DNA of 55,879 nucleotides from Vicinamibacterales bacterium (GTDB lineage: Bacteria; Acidobacteriota; Vicinamibacteria; Vicinamibacterales; SCN-69-37), in assembly GCA_035512795.1 (NCBI GenBank), contig DATKDF010000075.1, forward strand, positions 1-55,879, written 5' to 3'. The notes beneath the pieces are model-generated. The model saw only the letters and a program-made list of their open reading frames with translations. It did no database searches and was not told the origin of the DNA. The position numbers were made by a program, and so were the translations under genes. Shown here piece by piece: positions 43,600-55,531 of the stretch (position 1 is its first letter; each line of letters starts with the position of its first letter).

Positions 43600-46451
43600 G
43601 ACACGCCTGCCTTGATGCCCGTTGCGGCTCGGGTCTTCCGTGGGGCCGGCTTCGACCGGGCCGGACCGGACGGCTCGAACGCCGCCTCGATGAGCCGCTG
43701 CTGGTTCTGATGATGCCGCGCGGCGGATCCTTCCGCGGGGCTCGAGCTGCGCGGCCGAGCGAGCACGGACAGCCGGCGGCCGGCGGCCAGCTCCTCGAGC
43801 GCGGGCCGTGCGAACTCCCACGCTCCCATGTTCTCGGGCTCTTCCTGAACCCACACGACCTCGGTGACGCCCCGGTACCGGTCGAGCGCGGTCGCAAGCT
43901 CCGCGACCGGCCACGGAAACAGCTGCTCGACCCGGACGATGGCCACGTGCGTCGCCGAGGCGCGGGCGTCGCTCGTCAGCAGATCCACCGCCATCTTGCC
44001 GTTGGCCAGCACGAGTCGTGTCACCGCGTCAGCCTCCGCCGGCTCGTCGTCGATCACCGGCAGCCAGTGGCCCTCGGCCAGCTGCCGCGGCGACGACGAG
44101 ACCAGCGGGTGGCGTAACAGGCTCTTGGGCGTCAGCACGATGAGCGGCAGCGGGTCTTCGACGAGCAGCGCCGCCTGGCGACGCAGCACGTGGAAGTACT
44201 GCGCCGCGGTCGTGCAGTTGACCACACGCATGTTGATGTCGGCCGCCAGTTGCAGGAACCGCTCGGGCCGGGCACTGGCGTGGTTGGGCCCTTGGCCTTC
44301 GTAGCCGTGCGGCAGCAGCAGAACGAGCGAGGGCTCCTGTCCCCACTTGGCCCGTGCCGACAGGAGGAACTCATCCAACACGACCTGGGCGCCGTTGACG
44401 AAGTCGCCGTACTGCGCTTCCCAGAGCACGAGCGTGGCCGGCGCCTGGATCGAGTAGCCGAACTCGAAGCCGACGGCGGCGTTCTCCGACAGGGGGCTGT
44501 TGCGGACGTCGAAGGCGGCTCGGGCGGCCTCGAACGCCTCGAGCGGTGCGAATCTGGCGCCCGTCGTGGCGTCGAAGAGCGCGGCATGACGCTGGCTGAA
44601 TGTGCCGCGCTCGGCGTCCTCGCCGGTCAGTCGAATGGGCGTGCCGTCGGCCAGGATCGACGCGAAGGCCAGTTCCTCGGCAAACGTCCAGTCGACCGTC
44701 CGGGCATCCAGGTCGGAAAACGCCTCCCGGCGGCGCGTGCGTGCCCGCTCGAGCTTGCGGTGGATCGTGAACCCCTCCGGTACCTCGAGCAGGCTGCGAC
44801 CGATCGCGTCGAGCGTCTCGATGGGCACGGCCGTCATCGTCCGGGCCGCCGTCCCCGGCGCCGCGATCTCGGGCGCCGGTTCGACATAATGGCGCTCGGC
44901 GTCGAGGCCGTCGAGCGTGCGCTGCAGCGCCTCGAGCCGCATCGCGAGCATTGCGTCGGCCACCCCGGGTTCGAGCAGGCCGCGGCGCTCGAGTGCCGCG
45001 GCCCACTTCTGCCGCACCGTCGGCTGGGCCGCGATCTGGCGGTACATCGCCGGCTGAGTGAACGCCGGCTCGTCGCCCTCGTTGTGACCGTAGCGTCGAT
45101 AACCGACCAGATCGATGAGGACGTCGCGCTTGAACGTCTCCCGGTAGGCGAACGCCAGCCGGACGGTCGCGATGCAGGCCTCGGGGTCGTCGGCGTTGAC
45201 GTGAATGATCGGGATCTTGAAGCCCCGGGCGAGACCGCTCGGGTACAGCGTGCTGCGCGTGTCGTACGGGTTGGTCGTGAAGCCGATCTGGTTGTTCGCG
45301 ATGATGTGGACCGTGCCGCCCGTCGAGTACCCGTCGAGCAGGTGCAGGTTGAGCGTCTCGGCCACCACGCCCTGCCCCGGAAACGCGGCGTCTCCGTGCA
45401 CCAGGATCGGCAGCACGGCATCGGGATCGAACGTCGGCCGGCCACGCCGGCTGGCATCGCTACCGGCCGCGCGGACCATGCCCTCGAGCACCGGGTTGAT
45501 CGCCTCGAGGTGGCTTGGATTGGGCGGCATCGAGACGACCAAATCCACTTCCTCGCCGCCTTCGACCGCACGTGATGCACCGAGGTGGTACTTGACGTCA
45601 CCGCTCCACTCGACGCCCTCGAGCTCGAGCGCATTGCGGATGGGATCCTTGAACTCGGCCAGAATCTGCTCGTAGGGCTTGCCGAGCACGTGTACCATCA
45701 CGTTCAGCCGGCCGCGATGGGCCATGCCGATGAACGCCTGTCGCAGCCCCTCTTCGGCCGCCTCGGCAATGAGCGCGTCGAGCACGGGCACGAGCATGTC
45801 GAGCCCCTCGATCGAAAACCGCGTCTTGCCGGGGAAGGCCCGCTGCAGGAAGCGTTCGAAGGCCTCCACCACGGTCAGCCGGTCGAGCAGCGCCAGTGGA
45901 TCGATCGGATCGTTCGGCGCGCGGAAGCGGCCCGACTCGACCGCCTCGAAGAGCCACGCGCGCTCTTCGCGCGTGAAGATGTGGGCCACGTCGTAGCCGG
46001 TCGTGCCGCAGTAGCGCTCGCGGAGGCGGACGACGACGTCCCAGAGCGACGCGTCACCCCGGCCGAGCGGCTTGACCAGCTCGGTGGCCGGCAGGGCTCG
46101 CAGGTCGGCCTCCGACACGCCGTGCGTTTCAGGCAGGAGCGACGGGTCGCCGACCGACCAGTTGCCGAGCGGATCGATGTCGGCGGCCAGATGGCCGTAT
46201 CGCCGGATGGACTGAATCAGGTTCGTGCCGCAGACCGACGCCGTGACGAGCCGTGCCGCATCGCCGATCCGGTCGACCTGGGCCGGCGTGATCGACCCGG
46301 CCGGCCGGCCAGGCTCGGGCGGCGCGCCGGCCGTGTCGAACAGCCTCCGCGTGGCGTCGTCGACCGACGCGGGATCGCGCTGGTACCGCTCGTGAAGCTC
46401 GTGCAGGTAGCCCGCGTTGATGCCTTGAAAGTCACGCCAGTCCGCAGCCAT
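43596..46451 (-). CDS. sucA: 2-oxoglutarate dehydrogenase E1 component
   Basis: About 950 aa. [72 protein letters not shown]. Start set at ATG 46451 ([10 protein letters not shown]). Confidence 0.93.
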   Translation of the reverse strand: MAADWRDFQGINAGYLHELHERYQRDPASVDDATRRLFDTAGAPPEPGRPAGSITPAQVDRIGDAARLVTASVCGTNLIQSIRRYGHLAADIDPLGNWSVGDPSLLPETHGVSEADLRALPATELVKPLGRGDASLWDVVVRLRERYCGTTGYDVAHIFTREERAWLFEAVESGRFRAPNDPIDPLALLDRLTVVEAFERFLQRAFPGKTRFSIEGLDMLVPVLDALIAEAAEEGLRQAFIGMAHRGRLNVMVHVLGKPYEQILAEFKDPIRNALELEGVEWSGDVKYHLGASRAVEGGEEVDLVVSMPPNPSHLEAINPVLEGMVRAAGSDASRRGRPTFDPDAVLPILVHGDAAFPGQGVVAETLNLHLLDGYSTGGTVHIIANNQIGFTTNPYDTRSTLYPSGLARGFKIPIIHVNADDPEACIATVRLAFAYRETFKRDVLIDLVGYRRYGHNEGDEPAFTQPAMYRQIAAQPTVRQKWAAALERRGLLEPGVADAMLAMRLEALQRTLDGLDAERHYVEPAPEIAAPGTAARTMTAVPIETLDAIGRSLLEVPEGFTIHRKLERARTRRREAFSDLDARTVDWTFAEELAFASILADGTPIRLTGEDAERGTFSQRHAALFDATTGARFAPLEAFEAARAAFDVRNSPLSENAAVGFEFGYSIQAPATLVLWEAQYGDFVNGAQVVLDEFLLSARAKWGQEPSLVLLLPHGYEGQGPNHASARPERFLQLAADINMRVVNCTTAAQYFHVLRRQAALLVEDPLPLIVLTPKSLLRHPLVSSSPRQLAEGHWLPVIDDEPAEADAVTRLVLANGKMAVDLLTSDARASATHVAIVRVEQLFPWPVAELATALDRYRGVTEVVWVQEEPENMGAWEFARPALEELAAGRRLSVLARPRSSSPAEGSAARHHQNQQRLIEAAFEPSGPARSKPAPRKTRAATGIKAGVS

Positions 46452-46457
46452 ACGAAG

Positions 46458-46487
46458 CCTGTGCCGCCGGTGCGGCGGAAACACAGG
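46458..46487. other. bulged 12-bp hairpin between the ADOP permease stop and the sucA start
   Basis: CCTGTG-CCGCCG-gtg-CGGCGG-aaa-CACAGG: two perfect 6-bp stem segments. On the minus-strand RNA it ends 6 nt before the sucA ATG. Confidence 0.4.
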
Positions 46488-46528
46488 ATCGTATCAGAAG
46501 CCGGCGGTCGGGCCCTTTGTCGCCGCGG

Positions 46529-49159
46529 CTACTCGGACCGCAGCACGGTGACCGGATTGACCCCGAGCGCCCGCCGCGCCGGCAGGTAGCCGGCCAGAAG
46601 TGACACGAACGCCAGGATCGCGACGACCCCGGCCAGGGCGACCGGATCGACCGGCGTCGTCTCGTACAACTGCGTGCGGGCGAGCTGGCCGAGCAGGACG
46701 CCGCCGACGAGACCGAACAGAAGACCCATCGCAACCAGCCGGCTCGTCTCGCCCACGACGAGAGCCATCACCTGACGCGCCGACGCGCCGAGGGCGATCC
46801 GGATCCCGATCTCACGCGCGCGCGTCGCCACCCAGTAGGACACGATGCCGTAGACGCCGACACAGGCGACGATGAGCGCGCCCGCGGCAAATGCGGCGAC
46901 CAGCGCGAGACTGATCCGTTGCGAGGCGAGCGACCCGGCAATCGCCTGGTCCAGCGTCTGGATGAGGTACAGGGGCTGGTCCGGGTTCATCGCCGTCAGC
47001 GTTCGCCGGATGGCCGGCAGCGCTGCCATCGGCTCGGTCGTCGTGCGCACGATCAGGAAGAACTGATTGTTCGCCCCGGCCTGTTCCATCGTCACGAACA
47101 TCTCGGGCTGTGGCGGACGGAGCAGCGTGTTGTTGCGGGTATCGGCGACGACGCCGACCACCTCGGCGGCGGTCGACTGGGCACCGACCAGCAGGCGGCC
47201 CGAAGAGGCGCCATCGAGGAACCGCGCGGCGAAGGCTTCGTTGACGACCACGGCCGTCGGGGCGCCGGCCCGGTCGCGGTCGTCGAGCAGGCGCCCGTGA
47301 CGGAGCGCCACGCCCAGCACATCGAAGTACCCGGAAGAGATCACGGTGACGGCGGCGTTTGGCAGCGTCTCGGTGGTCTGCGGCGCGCCATCGACGCGAA
47401 ACTGCATCGAGAACGACAACTGCGGCGGAAACTGCGACGTGGCCGCCGCGGTCTCGACCTCGGGCAGGGCGCGCAGCTGGCCGATGAAGTCGGCAAAGAA
47501 CTCCTGCGCGGCGCCGGCGCCGCTGAACCGTTCCCAGGCCACCGTCATGCGCATGGTCAGCACCTGATCGGACCGGAAGCCGGGATCGACGTTCTGGATG
47601 CGCGCGTAGCTCCGGAGGAGCAGGCTCGCGCCGACGAGCAGGACGACGGCCAGTGTCAGCTCGGCCACGACGAGCGCAGTCCGCAGGCGCTGGCGCCCCA
47701 CGGTGGACGTGCCGCCGTCGCGCAGCGCGTCCTGCAGGGCCGGCCGCCGGGCCTGCACGACCGGCACGAGCGGCGTGACGAGCGCCGCCAGCAGGCCGAC
47801 CAGCGCCGCATAACCGATCACGCGAAGGTCGATTTCCGGCGAACCGAAGTTGGCGATCTGGTTCGGGAGCATCGCTACCACCGGGCCAATGGCCGCCTGG
47901 GCGGCCAGAAGACCGATCGCGGTGGCCAAACCCGCAATGGCCAGGCTCTCGATCGTGAGGAGCCGCGCCACCTGCATCGTGCCGGCGCCGAGCGCCAGTC
48001 GCACCGCGATCTCGCGTCGCCGCGCTGTGAGACGCGTCAGCATCAGGCTCGTCACGTTCGCGCAGGCGATGAGCAGCACGAGCAGTCCCGCGCCAAGCAG
48101 CAGCATCGCCGGACCGCGCGCCTGGCCGGTCAGCGCTTCGGTCCACGTCACCGCACGCAGGCGCCAACCCTCGTACTCCGGAAACTGCCCGCCAAACTCC
48201 GTTGTCGTCCGCAAGGCAACCGTCGAGAGTTCGGTGTTGGCCGCCGCCAGGCTGACACCAGGCGCGAGTCGCGCAATCACCGTGAACTGCCGCCGGTTGC
48301 GCGGCACCGCCGTCGTCTGCCCGCCCCAGGGAATCCAGAGATCGCTGCCGAGCAGACTCGACTCGCGCGCCGTGACGCCAACCACCGTCCGGGCCTGGCT
48401 GTTGACGAGGATCGCTCGGCCGATGATGTCGGGCGCCGCGCCGTACAGGCGCGTCCACAGCCCGTGGCTGATGATCGCCACGCTCGGACCGCCCGGCGTG
48501 AGTTCCTCGGCCGTGAACCCGCGGCCGAGCGCCGGCGGCTGCCCCATCGCCGGCAGCGGGTCGTCGACGATGAGCGCCGTAAAGGCGTTTTCGGCGCTCG
48601 TCGGCGTCGAGACCGCCCGGTTGCCGAGGTCGAATGCCGCGACGTGCACCAGGGAGTCCGCCCGCCGCATGTCGTCGATCTCGGCGGGCGAGTGCTGTTC
48701 GATGAAGCCCTCGTCGGCACTCAGCCGCGGGAACGTCGAGCCGACCGATACGAGGCGATCGCCATCCGGAAAGCTGAACGGGTTGAGGACGAGGTTGTCG
48801 ACCAGGCCGAACACCAGACCGTTGGCGGCCACGGCAAGCGCCAGTGACGACACGGCCACGGCCGAGTAGAAGGGCTGCCGCACGAGCAGGCGGAGGGCAT
48901 ACCGGACGTCGGCGCGAATCTGTCGAGCCATCGAATCTCCCTGTCGAACCGGGTGTGCAGCCCCGCGATGCCGGGCGCGAAAGCCGACATGCCAGACCGC
49001 CAGAAATGCCTGCCGTGTGTACCAGAGCCGCGCCCGCACGGGCGCCCGGCCGGCCCGCCGCATGAACTCTTCGTCGAGGTCGCCGAGGAGGAACTCGTGC
49101 CTGGACCACCCCAGGGTCCGCGCGAGCAGCCAGCTCGAGAGCCGGGGCGGACGCGCCAT
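46529..49159 (-). CDS. duplicated MacB/FtsX-type ABC permease, ADOP family
   Basis: N-terminus MARPPRLSSWLLARTL..HEFLLGDLDEEF..RARLWYTRQA is typical of TIGR03434 ADOP proteins. Two MacB_PCD + FtsX halves (8 TM). Start ATG 49159 overlaps the PadR stop (ATGA). Confidence 0.88.
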   Translation of the reverse strand: MARPPRLSSWLLARTLGWSRHEFLLGDLDEEFMRRAGRAPVRARLWYTRQAFLAVWHVGFRARHRGAAHPVRQGDSMARQIRADVRYALRLLVRQPFYSAVAVSSLALAVAANGLVFGLVDNLVLNPFSFPDGDRLVSVGSTFPRLSADEGFIEQHSPAEIDDMRRADSLVHVAAFDLGNRAVSTPTSAENAFTALIVDDPLPAMGQPPALGRGFTAEELTPGGPSVAIISHGLWTRLYGAAPDIIGRAILVNSQARTVVGVTARESSLLGSDLWIPWGGQTTAVPRNRRQFTVIARLAPGVSLAAANTELSTVALRTTTEFGGQFPEYEGWRLRAVTWTEALTGQARGPAMLLLGAGLLVLLIACANVTSLMLTRLTARRREIAVRLALGAGTMQVARLLTIESLAIAGLATAIGLLAAQAAIGPVVAMLPNQIANFGSPEIDLRVIGYAALVGLLAALVTPLVPVVQARRPALQDALRDGGTSTVGRQRLRTALVVAELTLAVVLLVGASLLLRSYARIQNVDPGFRSDQVLTMRMTVAWERFSGAGAAQEFFADFIGQLRALPEVETAAATSQFPPQLSFSMQFRVDGAPQTTETLPNAAVTVISSGYFDVLGVALRHGRLLDDRDRAGAPTAVVVNEAFAARFLDGASSGRLLVGAQSTAAEVVGVVADTRNNTLLRPPQPEMFVTMEQAGANNQFFLIVRTTTEPMAALPAIRRTLTAMNPDQPLYLIQTLDQAIAGSLASQRISLALVAAFAAGALIVACVGVYGIVSYWVATRAREIGIRIALGASARQVMALVVGETSRLVAMGLLFGLVGGVLLGQLARTQLYETTPVDPVALAGVVAILAFVSLLAGYLPARRALGVNPVTVLRSE

Positions 49160-49485
49160 CAGATCTTCCACTCCGACTCGAGGCCGTCGGTCATCCGGCG
49201 GAGCGCGGCCAGCGAATGGCGCAGTGCCCGCTCCCCGGCGGCCGCCGGCCGATAGTGCTTCTTCCGCCGGCCCCCACGCTCGGGCGTCGGCGCCCCGATG
49301 CGGCTCTGCACCAGTCCCTTGTCTTCGAGCCGGTCGAGCGTCTTGTAGACCGCGCCGAGCGAGACATCGCGCCCGGTCCGGGACGAGATGTCCTGGCAGA
49401 TCGACACGCCGTAGGCATCCCGCCCCTGCCGGACGAGGGCCAGCAGGACGAGCTGTTCGAACTCTCCGAGCACGTTTCCGGGCAC
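49159..49485 (-). CDS. PadR family transcriptional regulator
   Basis: LGEFEQLVLLALVRQGRDAYGVSICQDISSRTGRDVSLGAVYKTLDRLEDKGLV, a winged HTH. It is the classic PadR-ADOP gene pair. Confidence 0.9.
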   Translation of the reverse strand: MPGNVLGEFEQLVLLALVRQGRDAYGVSICQDISSRTGRDVSLGAVYKTLDRLEDKGLVQSRIGAPTPERGGRRKKHYRPAAAGERALRHSLAALRRMTDGLESEWKI

Positions 49486-49557
49486 GGCCTATATCCTAGA
49501 CGATGTCGGACTAATTGGGAACAGGCGGCGTCCGAGGTCTCGCGGGCCCGGGCCCGG

Positions 49558-50946
49558 TCAGCCGTTGCCCGTCATCTTCGCCGGGTCGACCCAGCGGTCG
49601 AAGTCCTCGGCGCTGACCAGCCCGAGGGCGAGCGCGGCCTCGCGGAGGGTCGTGCCGTCCCGGTGGGCCTTCTTGGCGATTTTGGCGGCGTTGTCGTAGC
49701 CGATGTGTGGATTGAGGGCCGTCACGAGCATCAGGCTGCGGTCGAGATTCTCCCTGATGCGCGCCTCGTTGGGCTCGATGCCGACCGCGCAGAACTGATT
49801 GAAGTTGATGCAGGCGTCGCCGAGCAACCGAATGCTCTGCAACACGTTGTGAATGATGAGCGGTTTGAACACATTCAGCTCGAAGTTGCCCGATGCGGCG
49901 CCGATGCCAATGGCCACGTCGTTGCCCATCACCTGCGCGCACACCATCGTCACCGCCTCCGACTGCGTGGGGTTGACCTTGCCAGGCATGATCGAGCTGC
50001 CGGGTTCGTTCTCGGGGATCGTGATCTCCCCGAGGCCCGAGCGGGGGCCCGACGCGAGCCAGCGAACGTCGTTGGCGATCTTGGTGAGCGCGGTTGCGAG
50101 CGCGCGCATCGCGCCGTGCAGGTGCACGAGCGGCTCGTGCCCGGCGAGCGCGGCGAACTTGTTGGGCGCGGTGCGGAAGGGCAGGCCCGTGAGCGTGGCG
50201 ATGTGCGCGGCACCGCGCTCGGCGTACTCGGGGTGCGTGTTCAGGCCCGTGCCGACGGCCGTCCCGCCCAGGGCGAGATCGTAGACGGCCGGCAGCGCGG
50301 CGTCGATGGCGGCCGCGGCGAGATCGAGTGCGGCCACCCAGCCGGAGATCTCCTGCCCGAGCGTGAGCGGCGTCGCGTCCTGCAGGTGCGTCCGCCCGAC
50401 CTTGACGATGGTGTCGTAGGCGGTGGCCTTGGCGGCCAGCGTCGCCCGGAGCGTGTCGACGGCGGGGCGAAGGTGACGCACGATCTCTTCGGCGGTCGCG
50501 ATGTGCATGGCCGTCGGAAACGTGTCGTTCGACGACTGGCCGCGATTGACGTGATCGTTCGGATGGATTGGCGACTTGCTGCCGCGGTCGCCGCCGGCCA
50601 TCTCGATCGCGCGATTCGAGATGACCTCGTTCGCATTCATGTTCGTCTGCGTGCCGCTGCCGGTCTGCCAGACGAAGAGCGGGAAGTGATCGTCGAGCGT
50701 CCCGGCGATGACCTCGTCGGCGGCCGCCGTGATCAGATCGACTTCGGTCTTCGAGAGCTGGCCGAGGTCGCCGTTTGTGAGCGCGGCGGCCTTCTTCAGG
50801 GTGCCGAACGCGCGAATGAGCGGCCGCGAGAAGTGCTCGGTGCCGATGCTGAAGTGGTGAAGCGACCGCTCGGTCTGCGCACCCCAGTAACGGTCGGTGC
50901 GCACCTCGATGGGGCCCATGCTGTCGTGCTCGGTCCGTGTCGCCAT
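49558..50946 (-). CDS. fumC: class II fumarate hydratase
   Basis: 462 aa. [36 protein letters not shown] signature. Confidence 0.95.
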   Translation of the reverse strand: MATRTEHDSMGPIEVRTDRYWGAQTERSLHHFSIGTEHFSRPLIRAFGTLKKAAALTNGDLGQLSKTEVDLITAAADEVIAGTLDDHFPLFVWQTGSGTQTNMNANEVISNRAIEMAGGDRGSKSPIHPNDHVNRGQSSNDTFPTAMHIATAEEIVRHLRPAVDTLRATLAAKATAYDTIVKVGRTHLQDATPLTLGQEISGWVAALDLAAAAIDAALPAVYDLALGGTAVGTGLNTHPEYAERGAAHIATLTGLPFRTAPNKFAALAGHEPLVHLHGAMRALATALTKIANDVRWLASGPRSGLGEITIPENEPGSSIMPGKVNPTQSEAVTMVCAQVMGNDVAIGIGAASGNFELNVFKPLIIHNVLQSIRLLGDACINFNQFCAVGIEPNEARIRENLDRSLMLVTALNPHIGYDNAAKIAKKAHRDGTTLREAALALGLVSAEDFDRWVDPAKMTGNG

Positions 50947-51044
50947 ACCTGCCCTCTGACGGCCGGCGAACGCCGCCGCCCATTCACGAGTACATTAGAT
51001 CCTGCCGTCCGGCGAACGCGGGCCCGGGCCCGCTCGTCGAACTG

Positions 51045-51677
51045 GTGAGGGTACCGGTGTTCGAATCCGTCCGCTCGTTCCGCCGCAACGCCGTCCACGC
51101 CCGCCAGGCCCTCGAGGCCCTGGAACAGGGCGCCGGGGCCATCTCGGTCGAACGGGGCTATCTCGGCGAATCGGGCCTCATCGAGCGCTACAAGCGCTTG
51201 TCGATCCCCGTGCGCCGGGCGCTCAACCACACCGACCGCGCCTCGTTTGCCGCGGCCCTCGCCGAACTCGAGGCGTCGGCCCGGACCGACGAGCCGGCCA
51301 TGTGGCGCCCCGCGGCCGAGGCCTGGCAGGCCCTTCAGGCCGAACTCGACAGCCAGGTGGTGCTCGGCGGGTCGAGAGTGCCCCGCCGCCAGATCCTCGG
51401 CGCCTGGCTCGACGCGGCGGCCTTCTACGACAAGCTCGACCGGGACCGCGCCTACGATCATCTCATCGATCAATGGGGCACGGCCGCCGAAGGCATCGGC
51501 GCCGAGCTGATGGAGAGTACCGCGCGCGTCGTCATCCAGCTCGACCAGGCCGCGGCCGCGGCCCTCGGCGAACCCGTCATCCTGCCCCCGCCCGTTCGGA
51601 CCCCTCCGCCGCCGCCCGATCCGAAGGAATCCTGGTGGCGGCGGCTGCTCGGGACGGTTACCCATTCAGCGGATTAG
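51045..51677 (+). CDS. hypothetical protein with Pro-rich C-terminal tail
   Basis: Plus-strand frame has strongly GC3-biased codons and helical, protein-like composition (ALEALEQGAG...WQALQAELD...AYDHLIDQWG), ending PPPVRTPPPPPDPKESWWRRLL. The competing minus-strand ORF 50796..51665 is Arg/Gly junk. Start uncertain (GTG 51045 or upstream). Confidence 0.5.
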   Translation: MRVPVFESVRSFRRNAVHARQALEALEQGAGAISVERGYLGESGLIERYKRLSIPVRRALNHTDRASFAAALAELEASARTDEPAMWRPAAEAWQALQAELDSQVVLGGSRVPRRQILGAWLDAAAFYDKLDRDRAYDHLIDQWGTAAEGIGAELMESTARVVIQLDQAAAAALGEPVILPPPVRTPPPPPDPKESWWRRLLGTVTHSAD

Positions 51678-51708
51678 TGAATGAGTGGGTGAGCGAATTG
51701 AATGGGAT

Positions 51709-52638
51709 TCACCGTCCGATGTTCTTGACGACGAACCACACATTGGCCGGCCGCTCCGCCAGCCGGCGCATGTACCACGGAAACCAGTACTCGCCGTAGC
51801 TGATGAGGCAGCGGGTGCGCACGCCGGACGTGGCCAGGGTGTGCTGCCGGGCGCTCTGGATGCCGTAGAGCATCGCGATTTCGTAGCGGTCGGCGGCCAC
51901 CTGGTGGTCGGCGATGACCGTTCGCAGCCGCTCCTGCAGGCCGATGTCGTGCGTGCCGAGGTGCACGAGTGCGCCGGGACGCGTGTTGTCGTCCTGGAGC
52001 AGGCGTGCGGCCAGGCGGAAGTAGTTCTCGTCGACGTCGGCCTTCTTCGGATACGCCAGTGACGGCGGCTCGAGGTACGCGCCCTTGACGAGCCGGATCG
52101 CCGAGCCGAGCGGCACGAGGGCCTCGATGTCCTGCGCCGATCGATACAGATACGCCTGGATGGCGATGCCGACTCTAGGCGACTGCTCCCGCAGCCGCTT
52201 GAAGAGCGCAATCGTGCCGTCGACGTACGGCGTGCCCTCCATGTCGAGCCAGAAGAACGTGCCGACGGCCTCGGTCCGGGCCAGCAGCTCCGCGCAGTGC
52301 CGGGAGCAGACCTCGGGATCCTGATCGAAGCCGAGCTGCGTCGGCTTGATCGAGATCTGGGCGTCGAGGCCCGAATCTCTGACCCGGTCGAGCACGTGCT
52401 CGTAGTGCGCCCTGACCTCGTCGGCCTCGTCGAGCCGCGTCAGGTTCTCGCCGAGCCGCGTGAGGATGGTCGTGATCGACGACCCGTGGAGTTCGTGCGC
52501 GGCTTCGAGCGCATCTTCGATGCGCTCGCCCGGCATGAACGCCGAGACGGCCCGCCGGACGAAACCGGTGCGCATGGCACGCTCCCGCAACCAGGTGTTG
52601 GTCGAGGCCCAGAGCAGGGCGTTGCGCGCGAGCGACAT
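51709..52638 (-). CDS. monofunctional proline dehydrogenase
   Basis: FMPGERIEDAL, SIKPTQLG, GIAIQAYLYRS, IRLVKGAY, LGTHD, EIAMLYGI, YGEYWFPWYMRRLAERPANV. Confidence 0.9.
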   Translation of the reverse strand: MSLARNALLWASTNTWLRERAMRTGFVRRAVSAFMPGERIEDALEAAHELHGSSITTILTRLGENLTRLDEADEVRAHYEHVLDRVRDSGLDAQISIKPTQLGFDQDPEVCSRHCAELLARTEAVGTFFWLDMEGTPYVDGTIALFKRLREQSPRVGIAIQAYLYRSAQDIEALVPLGSAIRLVKGAYLEPPSLAYPKKADVDENYFRLAARLLQDDNTRPGALVHLGTHDIGLQERLRTVIADHQVAADRYEIAMLYGIQSARQHTLATSGVRTRCLISYGEYWFPWYMRRLAERPANVWFVVKNIGR

Positions 52639-52671
52639 CAGGTCAGGCGCCTGGACCGCGTGCGGCCGGAC

Positions 52672-53067
52672 TCAGAGGCCGCCCGATGGCGGCACCGTCG
52701 GCGGCGTCAGCTCGCCCCGATGGCACGTGAAGCAGGTCACCTTCACCACTCCGGGCGGCGGCGGCTCGCCTATGCCCTTCAGGTGCTCGTTGTTGATGTG
52801 CATCGTCATCTCGAACATCTTGCGGGCCACGAGCTTCTGGGGCTTGACGTCGAGCGACCGGTCGCGCTCGTGGCAGTAGGTGCACTGCACGCCGAGGGCG
52901 GCCGCGACGCCCTGCATCACGGGCTGTACGTCGGCCGTGGTCCATTCCTTCGGCAACACCTGCAGGTTGCTGGTGGGCCGGGCCTGAGCCTGGGCCGAGA
53001 CGACGAGAGTCGTGCCGACGATCATCGAGCAGCCGAGCGTCAGCATGAGGACGGTAGCGCGCATCAA
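52672..53067 (-). CDS. small periplasmic di-haem c-type cytochrome (photosynthetic-reaction-centre cytochrome c subunit-like fold)
   Basis: Signal peptide MMRATVLMLTLGCSMIVGTTLVVSAQA. Two CxxCH motifs (CTYCH, CFTCH), each preceded by a Met-containing helix (VMQGVAAALGVQ / KMFEMTMHINN), as in PF02276-type haem modules. Confidence 0.8.
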   Translation of the reverse strand: MMRATVLMLTLGCSMIVGTTLVVSAQAQARPTSNLQVLPKEWTTADVQPVMQGVAAALGVQCTYCHERDRSLDVKPQKLVARKMFEMTMHINNEHLKGIGEPPPPGVVKVTCFTCHRGELTPPTVPPSGGL

Positions 53068-53100
53068 CGGGAACCTCCGGAGGCGGGATTGTATGCGATC

Positions 53101-55506
<2,406 letters not shown>

Positions 55507-55531
55507 GAGCCGAGTCTAGTACATGGTCGGT

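Noticed and set aside
49541-51032. Identical 16-mer CGCGGGCCCGGGCCCG (palindromic core GGGCCCGGGCCC) at both ends of fumC (49541-49556 and 51017-51032), which could be a cassette boundary
   Set aside because: My rough estimate is that several exact 16-mer coincidences are expected by chance in about 56 kb at this GC content when both strands are counted. There is no other hallmark of mobility (no target duplication, no recombinase). It may simply act as a local hairpin.
51056-51068. GGTGTTCGAATCC resembling a tRNA T-arm/T-loop
   Set aside because: The flanking sequence cannot form the T stem or an acceptor stem. It also lies inside a GC3-biased coding frame.
50796-51665. 289-aa minus-strand ORF competing with the plus-strand hypothetical gene
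   Set aside because: It has Arg/Gly-rich composition and poor third-position GC bias compared with the plus-strand frame. It would also overlap the fumC 5' end.
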